Of a stretch of DNA of 20,559 nucleotides, positions 1 to 10,641 are shown piece after piece (the stretch's first letter is position 1; each line of letters opens with the position of its first letter). The position numbers were made by a program, and so were the translations under genes. The stretch is from the NCBI GenBank assembly GCA_000165425.1, contig CT868396.1, forward strand, positions 124,001 through 144,559, written 5' to 3'. The notes below the pieces were generated by a model. That model worked only from the letters and a program-made list of their open reading frames with translations. It was not told the DNA's origin and made no database searches. The stretch comes from Paramecium tetraurelia (taxonomy: Eukaryota).

Positions 1-1489
1 TCTTCCGATCCTGGATACCTAGTTTTAGTATAATTTTTTCTTATTCCTAATAGAATAGCAGTTATTCTTCTTGGCGATTAGTAATCTACAATTCTGATTT
101 GACTTGGTATATTTCATCTTGTTTGGATATATTGTATAGTTCCTGTTATTTTGTATCATTTTATTATAGCTAAATTTATGTATGTTTAGGTGATTGCATT
201 TGAGAGTGTAATTCCTGATCCTAACCTTGCTGCTTAACGATGGTTCTACTTCTTGCTTTGGCTATAACCTTCTTGATTTCCTTTCTTTCTTGGGAGTCTG
301 CAATGCTAATACTCTTAGTAGGGAAATCATAAACATAATTAGCCAAATCGATCATTACTAAATAGGTGATTGATCTAATACATCTTGATTTATTATAGGA
401 TTTGATGAGGATTCCAAAAACAAGAGCAACGATATTTGCAAAACCCCCAAGATAAGAGAGCAGATCAGAAATATCTTATAATTCTCGTTTAACAATTTAG
501 GTGTAAGGACTTCTTCTCAAATAGATGGCTGAAAATTGCTAATCATTATTTTAAACGATTTTGGTCTTAAAATCTCCTGCTCTTTTGACATTTATGATCT
601 CTTCATCTATTTTTTTGAGAATAGGAATGACGTTGTCATCAGTGGTGATATTGTATTTCTAATAAAATACATCTGCTTCTGTTCCTGTTTAAAGTAGAAA
701 TGAGAAATAAGTTTCATCATCTAAGAAGGTTTGGGACACATTTTACACTTATAAGGGGTTGATAACATTATTAGTCATATACCTGAATTAATAGAAGAGA
801 TGTACATCCTAATTCTGAAGGAGCGTTCTTATTGAAGATAACGATCTCTGGCTTAAGTGCTTGCACATTGAGGTTTCCATGACAGAATGGAATTCGAATT
901 TGAATTATTTGAGCACTCACTCACAGTTATTTTGACAAACTCGAAGATGTCGCTTGTAAAACTGCCACCTAATTAGATCGAATAATTGAGTTGAGGACAT
1001 AGCCATTCCTCTAGTTTTAATTAAGAAAACTAAACAGAGAAATCCTAATTCTTAAAGATCTTTTGAAATCGATCTTAGGTGCATGGGATTAGATCTATGA
1101 AATTATCTTGTTTATTTAAGGAGCCATCGGAGGATCTTGTGTAGGTACGTTATTTCAGAGTGATATTGAAGAAGGGGAGTGTATTGAAGTTAGTCTAGTC
1201 AACTGCCAATGCAAACATGTAATTATCCTCATTGAATGTTATTCTGTCTGGGTTGAAATCGAAGATCGTCTAAGCGTTGAGATGAATATCAACTCGATGA
1301 ATGAAATTTAAGATATTCTGTTAAAAGAAGAATGCTATAACAGCAATTATAGCAAGGGAGAAAAATCCACCAGTTGCTGTTTAATATTAGTTCTATCCAT
1401 TAAAATTCAATTGGATGTTTTACCCAAAGATATCCAAGCTCTTCATGTCTAGGATAATGATCATTATTACATTTTAAAATTTTGTTCAT
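1..1489 (-). CDS. Ciliate two-transmembrane protein with a large extracellular loop (3' end truncated by the window edge); exons 1489-1471, 1448-806, 782-382, 357-<1
   Basis: Manual translation with TAA/TAG=Gln: MNKILKYMKSLDIFGQNIQLNFNGQNQYQTATGGFFSLAIIAVIAFFF (TM1, ~1324-1374) ... LIPCTQDRF ... EWLCPQLNYSIQLGGSFTSDIFEFVKITVSECSN ... YMTNNVINP ... AIYLRRSPYTQIVKRELQDISDLLSYLGGFANIVALVFGILIKSYN (TM2, ~400-460), then a Q/E/K-rich tail. Removing the short GT..AG introns restores the frame. From memory, the 'DIFG..I.L.F.....Y.T..GG..S' and 'LSYLGG' motifs are typical of a family expanded in ciliates. Confidence 0.9.
358..381 (-). other. Probable spliceosomal intron, 24 nt (gene 1, intron 3; 3n length, no in-frame stop)
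   Basis: Minus strand GTATTAGATCAATCACCTATTTAG. Removal gives SYNKSRLMIDLANYVYDF. It is not needed to keep the frame, so the call is less certain. Confidence 0.65.
783..805 (-). other. Spliceosomal intron, 23 nt (gene 1, intron 2)
   Basis: Minus strand GTACATCTCTTCTATTAATTCAG. Removal gives ...RIRM-YMTNNVINP; retention reaches TGA two codons later. Confidence 0.9.
1449..1470 (-). other. Spliceosomal intron, 22 nt (gene 1, intron 1)
   Basis: Minus strand GTAATAATGATCATTATCCTAG. Removal joins ATG AAC AAA ATT TTA AAA T|AC ATG AAG in frame. Confidence 0.75.
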
Positions 1490-1539
1490 GATTGTTTTTT
1501 ATTTTAAATTTATCATCTCGATTTTTATAAATATTAAAT

Positions 1540-2260
1540 TCCAGATTTGTTTCCAATCATCCAACATTGACCTTATTTGACCAAATAAGAGAAAAGTCTG
1601 CATTTGAAATTATTAAGATTGTTTTTGGAACAATTTCGTAATCTCAAGACAAAAGTGCCTAAACAATTAAATTAACCAAAGTTTATGAATCTAAATTTTT
1701 GACCATCAACTTTTGTGCTTAATTTCATCCTTTTACTCTTTTACTTCATATAATATTAAAATAACAACATTGGTAATATTGCAATGGTATTTGTTATGAA
1801 CCTGGGATATCGATAAGAATTTCCTAATTTCATCTTGAAGTAAAACCTAGGATAAAATTTCTGGAAACTATGCCTGCTATCAATTTCACAGCCAGACCTG
1901 GATTCAAGAAATAAATTTCAATAATGCCATCATCTCTACCAGGTATTCCAGCTTATTTGATTATGGAAATGATAGACTTTCTTTAGCTGATATAGATTGA
2001 GGTTTAGTGCTCTACTCTTATAATTCTTCTACTAAGCATTCTCCTAAATAAATTTCTGCAACTTGATCATCTACTATTATTGCATAGTTTCCTTTTGAAT
2101 TCTTTTAATTGATAAAGAAAGTGATAAGCTATTAAATTTAAAAAAAGGAGAAGAATAATCAGAAAGTATCACTATGATTACTTATCTGGAATAACTGTGT
2201 AAGAACATTTTTTTAAGAAATTGGATTAAAAAGGAAAGAATTTGTCTTTTGCAATTAATT
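1540..2260. pseudogene. Possible decayed gene or small hypothetical gene between genes 1 and 2 (strand unresolved)
   Basis: Less AT-rich than its flanks, with protein-like stretches in several frames. One plus frame is TGA-free for about 190 codons (to 2112), but I could not build a convincing start or gene model. Confidence 0.25.
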
Positions 2261-2445
2261 AATTAAAATAAAACCTATAAATTAATTAATTATATACGTT
2301 CCATTGTTATATACTCTATTAGAGTATTAAAACCAATTACCATTTAAATAATTATTAATATTGATGTGAACCTTGCTTATAAAAATTAAAATAAAGTTTA
2401 ATAAAAATATGATCAATTACACAAAAATAAATTAAAATCTATGCA

Positions 2446-5400
2446 TCATCTTCTTCTAGTAAATATTCTTCTAAGGAATTCCTTAGCTTTGTTATCCAAT
2501 AATTTGTTCAATAGCCTTTAAATTGCTGGCATATTTATCAATCCCATATGAATGCCATATTAAAGGACCAACTGAATTGGAGAATAAAGCAGGTTGTCTG
2601 CACTGAAAGTACCGATAAAAATATAACTCCATTGGTTGGCTGTTTCCACTGAACCACTCAGTACTAAACCTGCAAGCATAGTATAAGATATAAATCCAGC
2701 AGTAACTATCATAACAAAAGCACCAACAATTCTTACTGACTTCTTCTTGTGAGCCAGCATCTTTTCAAGTATGATTTAATAAATTTTATTGACAGGAGCA
2801 GTAAGCAAAGCCAGAGTCAAAGTGAGACTGATGTTATTTGGTTGCCCGAAGACAAAGAGCACAGCCAAACTACCCATAATACTAGTGTAGACTATGGATG
2901 CCCTGAGACCCCTAGGTTTTTCCTCATCATCCTTATACACGATAGACAAGATCTGATGGAAATACTTTAGATATTCTATGTAAGCCTTTAACTTGGAAAC
3001 GGATTATTAAACTAGATCCTCCTCAGGTTTCTTGGTGACTTCCGGTTCCTTTTGAAGTGGGTTATCGGCATTCTCGACTTTACTCTAAGGAGAGTTTTGA
3101 GAATTGATTGTGGCATTTTAAATATCCACTGCAATATGGCCATTTTCAGCAGCGGAAATCACTTTTATACTACCTTGAATTGAATTGGTTTTCGGGAGCC
3201 TTAATTTAGCATGATCATTAGTTTCCAACAAAGTTTGTACCTGGTCTCTTGTTCCTATCTAAGTTAGTTGTTGCTCTCTGTTTCTATTGAAGATTGTGTT
3301 TTTGCCTTCATTGTTGGGTGGAACATCATCATTAAATTCTTAATGCTCGAGAATGGCTTTGCTTTGATTGGCATCATTCTATGTATCAATATGTTCTATG
3401 TGCAAAGCTCCATCATTTTCTTCTTTCTACTCATCTTCTTATTTGTTTTCTTGTTCCTTTAGCTTCTCCTCCTCTTCTTTAATCTTTTACTCTAAGGCTT
3501 CTTTCTCAATTGCTATCCTTGAATACATGGCTTGATCTACCTTCATTCCCCAATAGACTACATAAGCATAGCCTCCCGTCATTAGTAGATAGAAGTAAAA
3601 TACGATGGTTTTGTAAAAGGGGAATGATGCAAATGCGAGTAGAGTGTCCAATGAATATACTTGGGAGGCTTTGTCAAGCAAGTAGTCTAAGGATTCCATG
3701 ATTGAAGTAGGATTGAGGGATTCGCATTCACAAATAGTTTCTCCTTCAACCTTCTTAGTTTTACAGACATCTGCATTCCAGCTCCCAGAGTCTACCTGAG
3801 CTATACACTTAGTTGAAGTGTTTGTAGGCAACTTTTTGGTAGTTGGGAATTTCATCTTCATACTCGATGTGATATTTTTTGTTTTATCCATTGCATTCTT
3901 GATAGATAGTTTAGGATCGACAGCCTAATAGCCAGTGCTGTTTTTGGGGAACCCAACCGCACTGTAGAAGGGATTATCAATAAAGCGAGTCTGTGAGAAT
4001 TTGTAGAAATTGGTTGTATTGCTATAATTTGAATTTGAGGTGTCAGCCTCTGCTTCTAATAGTCGAGTTTTACTATTATCCTTGATAGCTGAGCCGGTGG
4101 CCTCATTTGCAAGTTTGGATGTTAAGAATCCAAAATTCATATTGACAGAATTTGATGACACTTTGTACATAGGCTCATTGGCCACACTAATGTCCTATAA
4201 GTAATTGATCATGGAATCAAGTTGAGCCTGGATTTCTGTTGCAGTTTCATTCTTATTGACTCTGTAATTAATGTAGGATGATAGGATATTGGTGTATGTG
4301 TAATATTACTTAACATAATTGGTTTTCTCTATATTTTAGGGGGAAGACAATTTGTTATTATGTTGCAATTCGGTTAATGTTTATAGTTCTGTGGCTGCCA
4401 ACTTTATTCTAATGTTTAACTAATTCAGTAAGTGAGTTTCATTCAGAGATATCAGAGTTATATTCTGACTCAATATACTAGATAATGAATGGTAGATGGT
4501 TTCAGTTTGATTGCTGAGGAAGGAATCGTTCTTATCGATGGACAGCAATTCATTAAACAATTCTTCCTTATAATCAATCAACCCACTTAATTAGGTAAGT
4601 CGGTCTGTGATGATGCGATACCCTATCAAACGCTCATCAAAGCTCTGCAATCTTAGTTGATAATTTCTAATGTTGTCCTCACTTAGATTTGCATACTGCT
4701 TGACTTTTAGAGGCTCTGTGATGTTGGCAATTCCACCTTCTTAATCTTAGATGTTCACAACAATGAGACTGTCATCACTGTTGGCATAAGGAAGTGTTAG
4801 ATTAAATCTGGAAGTTAACTGTTGAGGAATAACAAGTAGGTAATTATAGAATTTTGAGTTCTCTAGATCTGACTAGTAGATTGACTAGTTTGGAAATAGC
4901 ATAACGGAATATTTTAACGGAGTATCGACATCATTACAATTTATGACATTCACTTCGAGATAGTCTAAGAATTCAACAAAGCTCTCCTTCTTCACATAGC
5001 TTAATTCGCACTTTTAAGGAGGTATGTTTAGTGTCAACATTTGAGTGTTCAATGATGGCATGATAAATCGAGGGTCGTAGATAGATAATCTCAACCTTCC
5101 GGCATTTCCTTTGGCTACTTCAAAACTAGTGAAATAATCCTGAATTTTGAATTTGAAGTCCAAATAATAGAATTGAAATGTAGCCTATACCTCTTGATCA
5201 TAAATCACAGCCCCTGCATACATCAACACATCTGGATCAATGCCTGGATAAGTGAGTTTGAAGATGAATTCATCGTAATAATTGTGGAGCTCTAAAGGAT
5301 CGGCACCCTAGATGGTTAAAGCAGGCAAATCCAATTCGATAAGTTGGATGGAAACTTTGGTTGAGTAATTAACGTTTTCCTTTAATATCTCCACCTAAAA

Positions 5401-8400
5401 ATTAACAGCCTTATAAGGTTCAAATGTCCTGGGAGGTATATACTAATTGCAATTGTTATCAAAAACAAGGGTCTCATTCATCTGACTCTGACATGCAGTT
5501 CCATTTACTATGTCCTCACATATCCAATTGCATGTATATGTCATTTTAGCAGCTTCATCAGCTGTTAAATCCTTATCTGTTATGGTTGTATTTAAGAACA
5601 ATTCTTATGTAAATCCCAACATTCTATTACCTCCTACTATTGTTAAGATTGGTTAAGAAGGAACAATGAATATTTCGAATGTGCTTTGGCTGGTAACTGT
5701 GTAGTCAGGTCTTGTTAGTTTAGTATGAAACACCAGCACATAAGGATTTGAGAAATTGAAATAAAAGGGTGGAAATTCTAATGGAACATCTAGTTGGAAT
5801 CCATCCATCAAATTTTCTGTCAATGTCCCATTTAAGAGTTTCTTCTTCGTATTTTTCAATATTATCTCATAATATAATAACTGCTATGGGGGATTCTTCT
5901 CTATGCAATTTGCATATGAGATTTTCGTTGGGATTTAGATGTTCTAAAATCTGTTGTATTGAGCAATCAGGGTGTCTTATTTAAAAGTAATGGTTGATTG
6001 TTGTGAGGCCTAAAATTGAAATGTCTGTTGATTCTGCAATTTAGCAAAACTCTCAACCTGAGCTCCAAATTTATATAGAACACCCGATTAGAACAGCTTA
6101 TCTGGGAATATCAAAGTGTCACTATTATTTAAAGTATTGCTTGACATTATTGTGGCTATAACTGGATCTACAGTGACTGGGAGTATTTGATTCCAGGATA
6201 ATATCTTAAATTTCTATTTTCCATTGTAAAATAACTCTTCGAATTTTATAGTTAATGGTTAACATACGTTTGGAGAGGTAGCATCTGTGAATCTGACTGT
6301 TGGTTTATGAGTAGACTAATCTATAGTAGATGGGATTTATAAGGTATTTGGTAGGATTTATAAAAATCTGTAACCACAGCCTTGTAATAGAAATATGGGT
6401 TTGAGTTGAATAGTATCCCCAACTTGGATTGTAGGGTTTTCTCCAAAAATTATAGTAAAGTCATCGTTGCAAACAGGCTGCATTCCAAGTAAAGCTAAAG
6501 TGTCCTCATCGAAAATGGCACTGCATAAGCTATCTGAATCCCCTGTTAGAGAATCATACAAAGCAACAGAGCCACCAAAATCAATCGTGAATCCGTTAAA
6601 TTCTTCATTCAATCCAAAGTATGGTACTCCCAGAGAGCAATCAGTGCAATAGACTGATCCAATGCTGAATCTACTTATACCTTTAGTATCACATTTACAC
6701 TCTCCGTTGATTGGACCTATTCTATTCCCAAAACATGATAGACATCCATATTGATTACAATCTTTACAAGTTGAATCACACTGCTGACAGTCTAGATCTG
6801 AGTTTTCGAAATACCCATTTGGACAGCCACATATAGGTGAACTAACTCGAATTCCTGAGCAAGCAGTACATAGTTCTGCAGATCCGTTGCAGGTGATACA
6901 CTTTTTAGCACATTGGGTACAATACATTTGATAGCTATCAAAGTACCCATCAGGACAAACACAACTAGGAACAGTAATTCTATCACCTAAACATGAAGTA
7001 CATCCAGTGGCATCACAGGTTTTACAATTGTCTTGACATTTTACACAATTGACTGACTCGCCATCATCATAATAATAATCTGGACAATTGCATAAAGGTA
7101 GAAGTCTATCCCCTTTGCATTTCAGACATAGAGTGGCTAGTCCTTTGCAAGTCAAGCATTTGTTAGCGCATTTTGGACAATTGGCATTGATTCCATCATC
7201 GAAATAGCCAGCTTCACAATCACAATTGGGAGGATTGGGAGCACGATTACCTGAACATTACTTACAGAATCTTGGAGCTAATTCGCAAGTCTTGCACTAA
7301 TAAGTGCAAACCGCAATATTAATAGGGAAATCAGAATCACATGCAGTACCTGTAGCATTGATTGTAAATCCTAATGAACAAGTACTGACACATTTATTGG
7401 CCTCAAATAAGTCAGTGCAGCTTAAGCAATTCTCATCAGAAGGTCCAAAACAGGTTTTACAGGTAGCATGACAAGGATAACATCGCAATTCATTGACTAC
7501 AGGATATGAACCATCTGTGCATTAATCCTAACAAGAATGTAGAATTGTCAATAGTTTCTCAGTCGGACAGGCAGTGCATTAATTATTATTGGGTCCTGTG
7601 CATGCAGTACAATCAGTATGACATAATTTACACTCATTAGCTGGAACATCTTGATACAGATTTCCTAGACATTCGGTTATGCAGGCGTTTTTGTATAAGA
7701 CTAATCCATTGTTACAAGTCGAACATTCATCTATTCCTTCTCCGAAGCAAGTTCCACAAGACACGTCGCATTTGATACATAAGGAATTATATCCGAAATA
7801 GCCAATGGGACAGGTATTATAACATTAATTATCCAAGAAGAACTCGGTGGAAGTACAAGTTATACAATTGTCATATATACATTTGCAAATGTACTAAGGT
7901 CTGATTCCAACAAATGATCTTGGACATTTAACATAACATTGATTATTAAGAGTATAAAATCCAGTCATACAAGCAAGACATTCATTTGGTTAAGTACCAA
8001 AACATTTCTTACAATTAGCTGCACATGGTTAACATATATTGCTTATACTACCATATCCATCATAACATTCTACTAAACATTAATTCTAATAATAAGCCAA
8101 TGGAGCATTGCATGATAGACAAGTGAGTTCAGAAAACCCATAGCAGGTTTTGCATTGACTATTACAAGGCGAACAAAGCCATCCAACTTTGTTATTATAA
8201 TATCCATCAGGACAAGTTTCGTAACACCAATTGTCGGTTTTCAATCTATAAAATTTACTTGCACAAGTTAAACAGGCTTAGGTTTAGTCCTAACATGCAG
8301 AACATCCTTTCCAACATTTAGAACATCCGTCATCTGTCTTGTAGAATCCAACCAAACAATTTGTTTGACATTCTCCACTAATCACACTTTAAGCGTTAAG

Positions 8401-10641
8401 TACTTTACCTGCTGGACAAGTTAAGCAGTCCTTATTAGTACCTGCTAAACAAGTAAGACAGTTAGGGTCGCATGTATCACATGTTTTAGTCGTTGTATTT
8501 CCAAAATATCCTGGATCACAAACAGAAAGACATTCATTCGTGGATGATTTATAATAATAAGAATCTTAACATGTTGTACAAGTGGCAGTCGAACAAATTT
8601 AACAACCACTAATACAATTTACACAAGTTGTGCCTGATAGATATTGACCTTCAGAACACAAATAACAATGACCAGAAACAAGAATTGCTAATCCCTTACA
8701 TCCTATGCAATTAGTTGCTGATGTTTCACATTTTAAACAATTATTGTCACAAATACTACATTTTGGATCATTTACATTACTAGAATCATTGAATTATCCA
8801 TCTGGACATTATGTAATGCATTCATTTGACTGATTTCTAAAGTATCCATTTGCACATTAGATACATGCAGTTCCAACTGTACATGAATAGCATCCAGTTT
8901 AGCAAGGTTAACAATCTGCAATTCCAGAACTTATATAATAACTAACAGGGCATTGATCACAACTCGGAGTGTTAATTCTCTTTGTTGAGGCCAAACAATC
9001 TACACACACTCCAGGTGTTACACAAGTAGTGCAATAAGGCGGACAAGCTAATTTTAATTTATGCATTACTTATGCATTAATTATTCAACATAACATAACC
9101 TGTCAAGCAGGTGCAATCGGCAGGGTTTTTGTTTGCTGGAAATAGACATGGAGTACAGAGTGCATAAGTATAACAGGAATTACAACCTGTTTGACATTCA
9201 AATTAATAAATATGGATGTCATCCAAATAGAACACTCCAATATAATCTCCTCCTTATTATGATTATTCAATTTCAAATAGAAACGTATTTAAAGTTAATG
9301 GGTATTGTTCTGTCCTTTGCCACGTGTAATCAATATATGCAATGTAATCTGATTTCGAAGCCGACAATCTGTTGATGCTATCCACTTGTAAGACTGCAGC
9401 AGATTATTTCACACCATTTATTGTGACATCGAACTTAGTAGGGTTGAAATCAAGAAAATGAGCTGTTGCCCTAAATCTTAATTTGTGCTATGATTCCTTA
9501 ATGGTTTGTGTGATCTACACCTTTTGGGATTAAAATGTGTCGAATGAGCCAACATAAAACCTACCGCCATAATAAAAAAAGGTTCTCTCCTTTATTTTTT
9601 CAGGCGTTGACACAACAGTTACCATCAGATCGTTGTAATTATAATAGTGCATGAACTCTGGTATTGTAGTAAAGAAGAAGTAATGATCAACTTAATCTAA
9701 ACCATATAATATAATTATTTACTTCCTCCATTTTGATTAGTTTAGAGGTAGGATTGCATACTTGTACAAGTTTTGGTTGTCTCATCTTAATAATAACTAT
9801 TTGGACATCTCTTTACACAATTAGATAAAGTAATATCAGATTCGTAATATTTGTAATATCCTGTGTCACATGTTAATGTTGTTTATGTTCCTGCACATGC
9901 TGTACAATAGTCTTTTTAATAACAGTACTTTTCAGTGGAGTCATACAAATAGTTTTATCCACATGTTGCTATGCATAAATTTGATTAATAAACTAAATCG
10001 CCTTTGCATTTGCAATAATATTGTTAGAAATATTAATTTGGACTACATGTAGGGATATAATCGATAAATTGCAGGATTTCGTTTCTCCCTCTTTGTTATT
10101 GTTGCAAAAGGACCAAATTTTTTATATAAATTCCCAGGTTTGGATTACTGACTTTTATCTCGAAATTCAAAGCATCAAATCGCATATTGATGACAAAGTA
10201 GGCTTGAGATTCATAAAGCAATCTATGATTGATCGAACTAAATACTTTTGAATGCAATTCCTATTGGAATCGGTAAGTTTGAATTTCTCAGAGTACACTT
10301 TTTAATTGTTTGCAAAGACCTACAATTCATCATTATTCCAATTTCCAGATATAGAATACTCAAAATATATGTAAGCCCTGCTTGTTTTCGGAAGAGTAAA
10401 TATTCTCTTCCAATAGATTGAACTTAAACTAGTATCTACCCCAATGTAGTTTTCTGCTAACCCATTTGTACAGAAGGCTAGTGGTAGGCTCAAGGTTTCG
10501 TCTGACCATAAACTTCCAGCACTTTCATTAGTTAGATCTGTTAAAACCAAATATTTGCATTCTAATTATATATTCTATCTTACTAGATGGCAGAATAAGT
10601 TGCTCGAAAAAAAGAACGATAAATATTATCATCTTAATCAT
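2446..10641 (-). CDS. ~2700-aa PKD1/REJ-like cell-surface receptor (signal peptide, Cys-rich furin-like/EGF-like repeats, REJ-like region, GPS-like motif, multi-TM C-terminus); exons 10641-10584, 10561-10246, 10222-9723, 9696-9070, 9047-2446
   Basis: Start MIKMIIFIVLFFEQLILPSKCKYLV; end ...KEFLRRIFTRRR-TGA (2448-2446). 8196 nt minus 93 nt of introns is 8103 nt, or 2701 codons. Track fragments 7579-7764, 7297-7488, 6358-7155, 5653-5859, 3925-4185, 3487-3891 and 2560-2760 all share one frame, and their stops are TAA/TAG. REJ-like motifs: ILTIVGGNRMLG..ELFLNTTITDKD..YTCNWIC and LNIPPQKC..NCNDVDTPLKY..LTLPY..VVNIQDQEGG. GPS-like motif: WNADVCKT..TICECESLNPTSI. Confidence 0.92.
6630..9200 (-). repeat. 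Tandem Cys-rich (furin-like / growth-factor-receptor-like) protein repeats within gene 2
   Basis: Recurring C-x2-C-x3-C-x2-C-x(4-7)-C-x2-C ... C-x(1-3)-C-x2-G-Y/F units of about 45-50 aa, e.g. CYPCHATCKTCFGPSDENCLSC and CTQCAKKCITCNGSAELCTACSGIRVSSPICGCPNGYF. The units are divergent at the DNA level. Confidence 0.9.
9048..9069 (-). other. Spliceosomal intron, 22 nt (gene 2, intron 4)
   Basis: Minus strand GTAATGCATAAATTAAAATTAG; removal gives LNNQCIT-CPPYCTTC, an intact Cys repeat. Confidence 0.9.
9697..9722 (-). other. Spliceosomal intron, 26 nt (gene 2, intron 3)
   Basis: Minus strand GTAAATAATTATATTATATGGTTTAG; very AT-rich and restores the frame (NQNGGN-QVDHYFF). Confidence 0.85.
10223..10245 (-). 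other. Spliceosomal intron, 23 nt (gene 2, intron 2)
   Basis: Minus strand GTATTTAGTTCGATCAATCATAG; explains the frame change between ...NRNCIQK and LLYESQAYFVINMRF. Confidence 0.8.
10562..10583 (-). other. Spliceosomal intron, 22 nt (gene 2, intron 1)
   Basis: Minus strand GTAAGATAGAATATATAATTAG; joins the signal-peptide exon in frame to CKYLVLTDL. Confidence 0.85.

Noticed and set aside
1890..1955. BBS7-like 'GRDDG.IE.Y' motif on the minus strand
   Set aside because: The match is only about 9 residues, the flanks do not convincingly agree and the frame is interrupted, so I did not assign a gene name.
3268..3462. Hydrophobic plus-strand ORF; also 2749-2970, 3510-3701, 5769-5984, 6467-6652, 9133-9375, 9870-10052 and 10021-10251
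   Set aside because: All lie antisense to the well-supported gene 2 and carry no motifs.
6630..9200. Paramecium variant surface antigen (i-antigen) or Giardia VSP-like gene
   Set aside because: The Cys spacing is furin-like, and the protein continues into REJ/GPS/multi-TM regions rather than ending in a GPI signal.
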